This document shows, piece after piece, positions 40,144-49,658 of a stretch of DNA of 64,000 nt. Origin of the DNA: Pseudomonadota bacterium (GTDB lineage Bacteria > Pseudomonadota > Gammaproteobacteria > Pseudomonadales > Halomonadaceae); assembly GCA_051751685.1 (NCBI GenBank), contig JBNJLE010000011.1, positions 42,788 to 106,787 on the forward strand, read 5' to 3'. A model generated the notes under the pieces. It was not told the DNA's origin, did not search any database, and saw only the letters and a program-made list of their open reading frames with translations. A program made the translations under genes and the position numbers. The first letter of the stretch is position 1, and the number at the start of each line of letters is the position of its first letter.

Positions 40144-40247
40144 GGTGTGTCTTCCTTCACGCATACGGCCAGGAGAGTGTTGCCCTCCTGGCCGATCCTT
40201 CCCATGGTGCGGTTTCGATGACGAAACAGAACCCGTGTTTACGGCAC

Positions 40248-41213
40248 TCAGTTGCAGTCGTAGGTCACGCCGTTCGCCTCATCGATGGTGCGGATTACCG
40301 CCCAGTGCTCATTGAAGGTGATGGGGATGAACTGGGATTCGCCGGAGTTGGCGAATTCGGCCTGCAGGGCGCTGTCTTCCCAGTCGTAGCTGAAGAAGGC
40401 GTCCTGAATCTTCTCGACGAGTTCGGGGTGCAGGTTGTAGACGTGCCCGTAACTGGTGGTGGGGAAAGTCTGGGAAGTGTAGAGGACGTCGAAGTCGCCT
40501 TCATTGATGACCCCGCGAGCCAGCATGCGGCTGGAGACCGAGTTGGCGATGGCAGCCGATTCATAATCCTTGTTGATCACGCCCAGGATGGAGTTGTCAT
40601 GTGAGCCGGAAAAGGCGGTATCGAAGTCTTTATCGGGCACCAGGCCGAACTCGCTGCCCAGCAGGGCGGAAGGTGCCTTGAAGCCTGAATTTGAGGTGGG
40701 CGAGGTGAAGGCCATGCTGCGGCCGGCCAGGTCGGAAACGGACTCGATGCCGCTGCCGGGATACGTGATGATTTCCATCTCGTAGCCAAAGCTACCGTCC
40801 TCGCTGGCCATCATGGCGAAGGGAACGAAGCCGGCGCAGTTCACCGCGATGGGGTTGGAGCCGGTATTGAACCCGGCCACATGCAGGCGGCCTGCGCGCA
40901 TGGCCTCCAACTGGGCAGCATTGGACTGCACCGGGAAAAACTGAACGCTCTTGCCCGTGACCTCTTCCATGTGTTCGAGGAAGCCGGCCCAGACTTCGGC
41001 ATAGACGGCGGGGTCTTCCACCGGGGTATAGGCGAACACCAGAGTGCTGGGATCGGCCCATTGGGTTTCGTCTGTGGGCGCGTCGGCTACCAGGTCGCCA
41101 TCGGCATCGGTGAAACGCGGCGACAGATTGGCGCTGGCGGTCAGGCTGGCAGCGGCGAAGAGGCCGGCGATTGCGCCGGCCAGCAGGGTGCGATGGAAGG
41201 TCTTGGCGGTCAT
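40248..41213 (-). CDS. phnD: Phosphate/phosphite/phosphonate ABC transporter substrate-binding protein PhnD
   Basis: Start trimmed to [13 protein letters not shown] at 41213 with a signal peptide. [10 protein letters not shown] motif. Confidence 0.88.
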   Translation of the reverse strand: MTAKTFHRTLLAGAIAGLFAAASLTASANLSPRFTDADGDLVADAPTDETQWADPSTLVFAYTPVEDPAVYAEVWAGFLEHMEEVTGKSVQFFPVQSNAAQLEAMRAGRLHVAGFNTGSNPIAVNCAGFVPFAMMASEDGSFGYEMEIITYPGSGIESVSDLAGRSMAFTSPTSNSGFKAPSALLGSEFGLVPDKDFDTAFSGSHDNSILGVINKDYESAAIANSVSSRMLARGVINEGDFDVLYTSQTFPTTSYGHVYNLHPELVEKIQDAFFSYDWEDSALQAEFANSGESQFIPITFNEHWAVIRTIDEANGVTYDCN

Positions 41214-41274
41214 GGTAGCTCCGTGGCGTGATGACGACGAAAGGTGGTTATCGTCGGTACTGTGAGGGTTGCCC

Positions 41275-41315
41275 ATGACAGCGCCGAGTCGAAGGAATGA
41301 CAATGCGATAAACAG
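41275..41315 (-). promoter_or_regulatory. Candidate Pho-box array upstream of phnD
   Basis: The minus strand reads CTGTTTA-tcgca-TTGTCAT-tcct-tcgactc-ggcg-CTGTCAT. The exact CTGTCAT and the TTGTCAT heptamers are 22 bp apart (2 x 11). The array ends 62 nt from the ATG. Confidence 0.4.
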
Positions 41316-41382
41316 ATGATGACCAATTGGTGTCATGGCATGACGCCGCGCGCCTGGAGCGGTAGCGGTCGAGCGGGAATGG

Positions 41383-42549
41383 TTAGCGGAGAGTGCTTCT
41401 CGCCATGTGGCAGCGATAGAGCGCGACGAGCTCGGCGGCCTTGGCATCCTCATGCCAACCGTCGGCATAGGCTTTGCCACTTGTGGAGAGGGTCTGGCGC
41501 AGGGCGTCGTCGTTCAGCAGTTGGTTGACCCTGGCGGCGAAGTCGTCGACATTTTCCTCGGCAATCAGGCAGCCCTCGCCCTCCACCAGCACATTGCGGG
41601 TGCCCATCACCGCCGTGGACACGATGGGTGTGCCTAACGCCAGCGCCTCCAGCAGCACCAGCCCCTGGGTCTCGGTGCGTGAAGCGAAGACGAACACATC
41701 GGCGGCTCGGTAGGCAGCCTGGAGAGGCCCGTCGCGGTCGAGATAGCCAAGGAACAGCACGGCGCCACCCACACCGGCCTGCTGAGCCTGGTCGACCAGC
41801 TCCGCCTGGGCGGGTCCCTCACCGGTGATGATCAGCCTCGTGGTGGGGTGCTGGGCCAGCACTCGAGGCATCATCTCGATCAGGAAACCGATGTTCTTCT
41901 CATGGGCGGCCCGCCCCACGAAGAGCAGTAGTCGTGCCTCCGAGGGCAAGCCATAGCGGTGTCGAAAGTCGTCCGCCGCATGGGCGTGAGTGAAGGTCTC
42001 CAGAGCCAGTCCGGTGGGGATCACCGCCATGGAAGTGGTGACACCGTAGCGCGTCAGCGCCGCCTGCATAGCCTGGGAGGGGACAACCAACGCGTTGAGT
42101 TGGTGACACTGGTGCACCGAGAGACGACGCGCGGCGAAGCGCAGCCAGCGGCGCGGCAGCCAGCGAATATAGTGGTGCAAGTATTCCTCGAACAGAGTGT
42201 GGTAGGTGGCCACCACGGGCACTCCCAGCCGCTTGCCCAGGCCGATGCCGGCATAGTGGGCCACGAACGGCGTATGCACATGGATCAGATCGACGGGCTG
42301 CTCGACGAGCTGAGGCGTCAGGGCAAGCAGGTCCCGGTAGCGCATCATGCGATCCTCCGGGTCGCCCGGTACCCCGCGTGATGGGATGCGCAGCACGCCC
42401 GGTTCGTCCATCTGGCCCACCGGGTAATCCGGGCAGGCCAGGATGACCTTGTGCCCCAGGCGCTCGATGGCAGCTCGGAAGCTGGCGATGGAGGTGGAGA
42501 CCCCGTTGACGCGCGGAAAATAGACGTCCGAAAGCATCACAATCGTCAT
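41383..42549 (-). CDS. Glycosyltransferase family 4 (GT-B)
   Basis: MTIVMLSDVYFPRVNGVSTSI... plus the E-X7-E region (ETQGLVLLEALALGTP). An in-frame upstream extension reaches alternative starts at 42723 and 42783. Confidence 0.8.
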   Translation of the reverse strand: MTIVMLSDVYFPRVNGVSTSIASFRAAIERLGHKVILACPDYPVGQMDEPGVLRIPSRGVPGDPEDRMMRYRDLLALTPQLVEQPVDLIHVHTPFVAHYAGIGLGKRLGVPVVATYHTLFEEYLHHYIRWLPRRWLRFAARRLSVHQCHQLNALVVPSQAMQAALTRYGVTTSMAVIPTGLALETFTHAHAADDFRHRYGLPSEARLLLFVGRAAHEKNIGFLIEMMPRVLAQHPTTRLIITGEGPAQAELVDQAQQAGVGGAVLFLGYLDRDGPLQAAYRAADVFVFASRTETQGLVLLEALALGTPIVSTAVMGTRNVLVEGEGCLIAEENVDDFAARVNQLLNDDALRQTLSTSGKAYADGWHEDAKAAELVALYRCHMARSTLR

Positions 42550-42888
42550 ACTATCGGATGAGGGCGTGGGGGCGGCTCTCGCGTTTTGCAGCGCCGCTGT
42601 GGCCGGCGCCAGCCGCGCCCTGTGCTCAGCCAGGATTTGCTGGGCCAGCGCATTGCCTCTGGCCATCCGGATCAGGGACTCCACTTCTGCTTCGCTGAGC
42701 GGTTCGTGTGCGCGTCGAGGCATGCTGTGCGACTCTGTTATGGTGATTTGGACCATGCTTGCGCGCGACTGTGACGTCTTCATGACCTCCCGCTACACCT
42801 CCCATGCGAAGTGGCATGATAGTCACGGCGCGAGATGCGGAAAGCAGCCAAGGCACTTAGCTTTTCTCTAGACCCTAGGAGAACGCCC

Positions 42889-43308
42889 ATGTTGGACCTG
42901 ATCTCTCATCCGGTGGCCCATGTGGTGGCGATGAAGGCGGGGGGCATCGTGAATGGCAGTGATCTGCAGCGCGCCATCGATGCCATCGAGTCTGCCAAGC
43001 AGGACCATCCGGTCATCAGCCTGTTGGTCGAGATCGATAACCTGCGCGTAATGACCTTGACCGCGCTGCTGAAGGACATCGGCTACGGCCTGACGCAGCT
43101 CGGCGATCTCGAACGCTACCATCGCGCTGCCGTGGTCACCGACCAGGCGTGGATCGAGCATATCGTTCATCTGGAAGAGCGATTGTTCAAGGCCGTGGAG
43201 ATTCGTACCTTTCGAAGTGATGAACACGCCGATGCCATGGCGTGGGCGGCGGAATTACCCTATGGCAGCCATGAGGATCCCGAAGAGGATGGCTATCATG
43301 GCGCCTGA
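42889..43308 (+). CDS. STAS/SpoIIAA-like (DUF3478-type) protein
   Basis: SD aggaga then ATG 42889. About 139 aa with an acidic tail. The family call rests on general resemblance only. Confidence 0.5.
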   Translation: MLDLISHPVAHVVAMKAGGIVNGSDLQRAIDAIESAKQDHPVISLLVEIDNLRVMTLTALLKDIGYGLTQLGDLERYHRAAVVTDQAWIEHIVHLEERLFKAVEIRTFRSDEHADAMAWAAELPYGSHEDPEEDGYHGA

Positions 43309-43400
43309 CTGCGGGCTGTCTCGAGAGACAGTCGCAACGGAATGGTGGAGGGCTTGGTCTGCCGATGGATCTCTTGGGACCCTTCGCAAAGAAAATCAAT

Positions 43401-43426
43401 GTGGCAACCCGTAGTGGCAACCCGTA
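43401..43426. repeat. Perfect 13-bp tandem duplication
   Basis: gtggcaacccgta occurs twice in tandem and is followed by gt. It lies about 140 nt upstream of the FNT gene. Confidence 0.85.
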
Positions 43427-43566
43427 GTCGATGGCTGAAGAGCCGTTATTTGTGCTTGCTTTCGATGAAAAGGTCAGCTTAGACGGTATATTTGCTTCAT
43501 GAATGGCCGCAAGGCAGCTTGCCCGACAGTGCGAGAGTCTAATCGGATGTCTTAGGAGTGACGCAC

Positions 43567-44385
43567 GTGTCAAAGAAACAAGCGGACATCGATCGCGATG
43601 AAGAAATACAGGCAGATAAGTATGAAAATGTCTCAACCTCGGTCATCTTCGAAGCCATCCGCCGGGAGGGAGAGCACGAGCTTTTACGGCCCTTCAGCGC
43701 ACTCTGGTGGTCTGGTGTTGCTGCCGGGTTGGCGATCAGCACATCGGTTCTGAGCAAAGGGTTTCTGGCCTCTATTCTGCCTCAAGTGGAATGGGCAGCG
43801 GGCGTCTCGAACTTGGGTTACACGGTAGGGTTTCTGATTGTGATCCTCGGGAGGATGCAGCTTTTCACCGAGAACACGGTCACCCCGATCCTGCCTCTAT
43901 TTCTATCGCCGACCCGGCAAAATTTTTATCAAACCGCGCGGCTGTGGGGCATTGTCTTCGCGGCGAATATGATGGGATGCGCCGCCGCGGCGCTCGTGCT
44001 GGTCTTCGGCCGCATCCTGCCGGACATCCGTTTGGAAGGCATCCTGTCCGTTTCGCGCCATTACGCCGAAGCGACAGCGTTCGAACACTTTACGTGGGGC
44101 ATCCCGGCGGGCTTCCTGATCGCTGCGCTGGTCTGGATCCTGCCGCGCATGGAAAGCGCGGGAGAAGTCCTGATGATTGTAATCGTCACCTATGTCATAG
44201 GGCTTGGCGGCATGTCGCACGTCGTCGCCGGCTCGACCGAGTTATTCATTCTCGTTGCGCGCGGCGAACTTGGCCTGGCTGCGGCGGTTTTCGGGGGAAT
44301 CTTGCCTGCCCTTGCCGGCAACGTATTAGGCGGCACCGGCATCTTCGCCGCGTTGACCTATGCGCAGGTTCGGGAGGAGGTCTGA
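43567..44385 (+). CDS. Formate/nitrite transporter family channel (YfdC-like)
   Basis: LFTENT and SHVVAGS motifs with six TM segments. The GTG at 43567 is 8 nt after SD aggag. The track start, GTG 43558, abuts the SD. Confidence 0.8.
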   Translation: MSKKQADIDRDEEIQADKYENVSTSVIFEAIRREGEHELLRPFSALWWSGVAAGLAISTSVLSKGFLASILPQVEWAAGVSNLGYTVGFLIVILGRMQLFTENTVTPILPLFLSPTRQNFYQTARLWGIVFAANMMGCAAAALVLVFGRILPDIRLEGILSVSRHYAEATAFEHFTWGIPAGFLIAALVWILPRMESAGEVLMIVIVTYVIGLGGMSHVVAGSTELFILVARGELGLAAAVFGGILPALAGNVLGGTGIFAALTYAQVREEV

Positions 44386-44474
44386 GCATATGGCGGGCCG
44401 CTTCTATTGCCTTGTTGACCCATGTCGCCAACAAGGCGGTGAAGGGATTTAAACATTGTGTGCCGTGATGTAGC

Positions 44475-45899
44475 TCAGGATTGGCCCGTGGCGCCACTTC
44501 CCGGTGTAAGCAGGTTGTTCTTGGCTTCGGGGAGGTTGGACTCCCCAGCTTGGCGCTTTAGATCAGTCTCCTCAGACTTGAGATTGCCTTCGCCCGAGGA
44601 AACAGTTGCGCCCTCGGCCTTGTCGCTGAGGGCAGGGGTGGGTGGCATGGTCTTGGCGGTGTCTGCTTCGGCGGGGATCCGGTGCAACGGCACCCCGTCG
44701 GAAAAGTTGACTTCATGAACGGGTGAAGGTATCGAGATTCCGGCTTCCTGAAGTGCAAGCTTGACCTGCCGCATCAGAGACGAGCGCACCTTGAAGATCG
44801 AATGGGATTTTCCGTCAAACCAGAACTGCACCCTGATATTCACGGTCGACGTACCCAGTTCGTCGACAATGGCGCTTGGTTCCGGATCGTCGAGAACGGC
44901 AGGATGCGCGCGCAGTGTAGTGATGATCAGATCCTGCGCCAGCACAATTGAATTGGCGTAGCCAATGCCGACAGAGAATTCGGCTCGCCGGTTAGGGTTG
45001 CTCGAGAAGTTCGTGACAACGCTCTTGAACACCAGCGAATTTGGAATCTGGATGTGATTGCCATCCAACGTCAACAGGATCGTCGTGCGCATGTTGAGGT
45101 TCTGCACAATCCCTTGATAGTCGCCTATTTGTATCCAGTCGCCGGCCCTGAAAGGGTTGCGTACACTCAACAGGATGCTGGCGAGTGAGTTTGCAGCGAT
45201 CTCGCGAAAAGCCAGGCCGACAATGATACCGACAAGGCCGGTACCGCCCAGGACTGTAATGGCGAGTCGCGTCAGACCGGCAATTTGCAGGATAAGGTAT
45301 AAACCGATGAGAAAAACCGGTAAGGCTAAAGCCCGCGCCGCGATGTCTACCAGCAACGGAGATAACAGGCGGCGTCTCAGTAGCTGACGGGTCAGTTTGG
45401 CCATCCCCCGCGACAGCAGCCAGAAGAAGATGATGATGAACAAGGAAACGACAGTCAGCGGCGCGAACCATTGCGCACGATCAACCAGCCGCTCTAATTC
45501 TCGCCAGGTCGGAGTCAGGTCCCAACTGATCGGTCGCTTAACTTCAATCCGGTTCACCACAGCGACAACGTCCTGAGTGCGGAAAGCCAGTCGCTGTGCC
45601 CATTCTCGACGCTCTTCCGTTTCGGTCTGCCCGTCGAAAAACACGATTCCCTCGCGAACGGAAACGGAGAGAGGAGCAAACCAGTTGCTGGCCTCCAGAA
45701 TGCTTTCGAGACGATCCGCGATTTGTGTGTCGCGCGCGCCTGGTGAGATTGCAATTTCCCTACCGGGATCAGCTGCTGGTGCATCGCTGTCGGTGGGAAT
45801 ATTCTGTGCCTGCACCGGCGCGGCGGCCAGGCCAAGCATAAAGGACACCAGAATCGCAAAATATCCGAAAAGGTTACGTGGACGACGGTAGACGGACAT
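44475..45899 (-). CDS. Mechanosensitive (MscS-family) channel with N-terminal periplasmic BON-like segment
   Basis: Start trimmed to MSVYRRPRNLF at 45899 with a signal peptide. MscS core GDWIQIGDYQGIVQNLNMRTTILLTLDGNHIQIPNS. Confidence 0.85.
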   Translation of the reverse strand: MSVYRRPRNLFGYFAILVSFMLGLAAAPVQAQNIPTDSDAPAADPGREIAISPGARDTQIADRLESILEASNWFAPLSVSVREGIVFFDGQTETEERREWAQRLAFRTQDVVAVVNRIEVKRPISWDLTPTWRELERLVDRAQWFAPLTVVSLFIIIFFWLLSRGMAKLTRQLLRRRLLSPLLVDIAARALALPVFLIGLYLILQIAGLTRLAITVLGGTGLVGIIVGLAFREIAANSLASILLSVRNPFRAGDWIQIGDYQGIVQNLNMRTTILLTLDGNHIQIPNSLVFKSVVTNFSSNPNRRAEFSVGIGYANSIVLAQDLIITTLRAHPAVLDDPEPSAIVDELGTSTVNIRVQFWFDGKSHSIFKVRSSLMRQVKLALQEAGISIPSPVHEVNFSDGVPLHRIPAEADTAKTMPPTPALSDKAEGATVSSGEGNLKSEETDLKRQAGESNLPEAKNNLLTPGSGATGQS

Positions 45900-46471
45900 G
45901 GGGCACTCCATTTCAAAAGTCGCACCGTCGCAGCCTTTATCCTGCAGGAAGGCGTGCGACGGTGCGAGGTCAAGAACAGCCCGCAGCTTCATGATTCGCG
46001 CTGACTAACCCCCCCTAGAAGTTCGGGCACCTCGGTGATCAGCACCCGCCAGCTGTCGATCTGGTCTCCGGTCCTTAGCGGGCGCCCTTCGCGATGTGGC
46101 ACGATGTTGCGTCCCACATCGCCGCTTGCCCCGAACACAAGCCAGAGGGGGTCAGAGGCACTCATGCGAGTTTGTCAGAGCTATGCCAGGCCTTCGGGAA
46201 GATGATAGGTCATTCTGGGTGCTCCTTTTTTGCTGGTCTATCGGCTTGCAGGGGACGCGGGCCGGGAGATCTCAAGGGGTTGTCCACGGCCAGTAGCTCA
46301 TGCATACCATGACGCTGAAGCTGTTGGCCAATGATGGGGTTGAGCCAATGCCGGTTAGAAGCGAGGCCTGGGCGTCGACGGTGGCTCGGCACTCTGATGT
46401 CAGGTCGCTGGGTCGTCGTTCAGCTAGGCTGATGGTGATACCTACCAGCACTCAGTACGGGAGAGGAAGCC

Positions 46472-46725
46472 ATGCTGGGCGCAATGGCCGGCGACATCAT
46501 CGGTTCGGTGCATGAAGGCAGGGGCACCAAGCATCGTGATTTTCCGCTGTTCACGCCGCCCAGCATTTTTACCGACGATACCGTGCTCTGCATCGTAGTG
46601 GCGGAGGTGCTGCTGAACGGGGGTAATTTCGTCGATGCCTTTCACGACTACCGTCACCGCTACCCTGACGCAGGATTCGGCGGTGGTTTCATGAGTTGGG
46701 CCATGCGTCGGCATCGGCAACCCTA

Positions 46726-46735
<10 letters not shown>
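46472..46735 (+). pseudogene. 5' fragment of an ADP-ribosylglycohydrolase family gene
   Basis: MLGAMAGDIIGSVHEG...FPLFTPPSIFTDDTVLCIVVAE...YPDAGFGGGF...QPYY matches the first 85 aa or so of the short ARH family. It stops where the convergent ATPase gene ends. Confidence 0.65.
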
Positions 46736-47799
<1,064 letters not shown>

Positions 47800-47800
47800 T

Positions 47801-47965
47801 TCACTTCTCCATCTCGGTCAGGCCATTGACGAATCAACGCTGCGATATTGGTCACTGACAGCGGCAGGCGAATGTCTTTGAAGAAGGTCGGCGGAATGGA
47901 GAACACGACGAAGCCGTTGAGCATCCCGAGATCCGCAATCCGGCCTGTGACCTTCTGACCCTATC
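47801..47965 (-). pseudogene. Relic of the 3' end of an ABC permease gene
   Basis: The minus strand reads ...ISQR-TGA-FVNGLTEMEK-stop directly upstream of the ATPase ATG. This resembles the conserved permease C-terminus QRWFV.GLT with TGG changed to TGA. No ORF of 60 aa or more exists here. Confidence 0.35.
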
Positions 47966-48099
47966 GGCAAGAGATGACGGAAACGTGGCGGGACCGTGTC
48001 GACGGCATGACAGTGGTGCGGCAGGCCCTGGTCACGACTCTGTCACGCCTATGGCGCAGGCTATGGCTTTCTCGATATCCCGTGTCTATGGAGACTGTC

Positions 48100-48801
48100 A
48101 TGCGCCTTGTCCTCTTCGACCTCGACGATACCCTCCTGGATGGTGACTGCAGCGCGCTGTGGAATGACTGGATGGTGGAGCGGGACTGGATCGCCGAGCC
48201 GGGACACTTCCTGGACAGCGCTCAGAAGATGAACGCCGCCTATTATGCCGGTCGGCTGCGCCTGGAAGAGTATCTGGCCCTGACCCTATCACCCCTGGCG
48301 GGGCGTCATATGGATGAGGTCGCTAAGGAGGTAACGGCCTTCGTGGCAGCTCGTGTCGTGCCCCGGCTATTTGCTCAAGGGCATGAGTTGATTGACCAGC
48401 ACCGTCAGCAGGGCGATCTTCCGATGCTGATCTCTGCTTCCTCGCGACACCTGGTGGCGCCGGTGGCGGCCTCCCTGGGCATCCAGGAGGTGATCGCCGT
48501 GGAGCCGGCCTTCGATGGTAAGTATTTCACCGGCCACACCACCGGCGTGCTCTCCTACCGCAGCGGCAAGGTCGCCCGCCTCGACGCCTGGCTGGTGGAG
48601 CGCGGCGTTGCGGCCACTCACCTTAGCTTTTACTCCGATTCCCAGAACGACCTGCCGCTGCTCAACCGCGTCGATCGTCCAGTGGCGGTAAACCCCGATC
48701 CGGTGCTGGCCGAGGTGGCCAGGTATGAAGGATGGGAACGTCTCGACTGGCGCTGCTTGGCAAGGCACTCTGAGATGCCCAGCTTGGTGCCCAGTGAATG
48801 A
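48100..48801 (+). CDS. HAD-IB family hydrolase
   Basis: Start trimmed to MRLVLFDLDDTLL at 48100. Motifs DLDDT, ISASS and YSDSQNDLPLL. The stop overlaps the phnR ATG (ATGA). Confidence 0.8.
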   Translation: MRLVLFDLDDTLLDGDCSALWNDWMVERDWIAEPGHFLDSAQKMNAAYYAGRLRLEEYLALTLSPLAGRHMDEVAKEVTAFVAARVVPRLFAQGHELIDQHRQQGDLPMLISASSRHLVAPVAASLGIQEVIAVEPAFDGKYFTGHTTGVLSYRSGKVARLDAWLVERGVAATHLSFYSDSQNDLPLLNRVDRPVAVNPDPVLAEVARYEGWERLDWRCLARHSEMPSLVPSE

Positions 48802-49496
48802 ACGAAGCCTACTATCTTCGTCTGACCGATCGCCTGCGTGAACTGCTCCGTGAGCCTGAGGCTAGCGAGGAGGGGCGTCTGCCTGCGGAGCGCGCCCTGG
48901 CAGAACGCTTCCAGACGACGCGTGGCACGCTACGTCAGGCGTTGGCGCAATTAGAGGCGGAAGGGATTATTCATCGCAGTAATCGGCGGGGGTGGTTTGT
49001 CTCTCCGCCTCGGCTTGTCTATGACCCCACTCGGGATGCCGGCTTCAACGACTATGTTCGTGCCCAAGGGCGTCGGCCACGCACCGAGGTGCTCAAGGTG
49101 GAAACACGCCCTCACCTGCCGGCTGCCGAGGCCCTGGAGCTTCCGCCACCTACGCTGTTCTACCATATCCGTCGCCGTCGCTACGTGGATGATCGGGCCG
49201 TGCTGGCCGAGTCGCTTTGGGTGGTGTCAGATCGCGTCCCTGGGCTGCTCCAGGAGCGTTTCGATCACTCGTTGTGGCGGCTGTTGCGCGACCGCTGGCA
49301 CATTGATCTGGCGCACCGGTCAATTCGCATGTTCTCGGAGGCCCTGGGATCCTGTGATGCCCGTGAGCTGGGAGTCATGCCTGGAACGGCGGGGCTTGGT
49401 GTTCGTCGCGCGATTTTAGACGCCGAGCGCCGCCCCGTTGAGTTCGATGAAGAACACTGGCTCCACGATGCGCTTTGCATCGCAGTGGATATCTGA
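48798..49496 (+). CDS. phnR: GntR/HutC-family regulator (PhnR-like) of the 2-AEP cluster
   Basis: Winged HTH (LPAERALAERFQTTRGTLRQALAQLEAEGIIHRSNRRGWFV) plus a UTRA-like C-terminus. It sits at the head of the phnS-X cluster. Confidence 0.75.
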   Translation: MNEAYYLRLTDRLRELLREPEASEEGRLPAERALAERFQTTRGTLRQALAQLEAEGIIHRSNRRGWFVSPPRLVYDPTRDAGFNDYVRAQGRRPRTEVLKVETRPHLPAAEALELPPPTLFYHIRRRRYVDDRAVLAESLWVVSDRVPGLLQERFDHSLWRLLRDRWHIDLAHRSIRMFSEALGSCDARELGVMPGTAGLGVRRAILDAERRPVEFDEEHWLHDALCIAVDI

Positions 49497-49581
49497 CTCT
49501 CCGGCCGACATTCTTTCTTTGCATTCTTCAACAAGGCGTCAAGTAATCGTCACTTGGCTGTCATTCGGGCGGGCGAAACTC

Positions 49582-49596
49582 TTGGTCTATACCAGG
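49582..49596. promoter_or_regulatory. Candidate HutC-type operator upstream of phnS
   Basis: ttggtctataccagg contains the palindrome TGGTCTATACCA (GT-N-TA-N-AC core). The identical 15-mer recurs inverted at 54247-54261. Confidence 0.6.
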
Positions 49597-49658
49597 GACG
49601 GTAAGTCGAATACTGAGCTGTTTACCAAGTTCCCTCAGCCACTCGTCCGGAGCATTAC

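Noticed and set aside
41214-41480. N-terminal extension of the phnD ORF (410 aa in the track)
   Set aside because: The signal peptide and the mature PhnD start at 41213. The extension overlaps the Pho-box-like promoter region and the 3' end of the GT4 gene.
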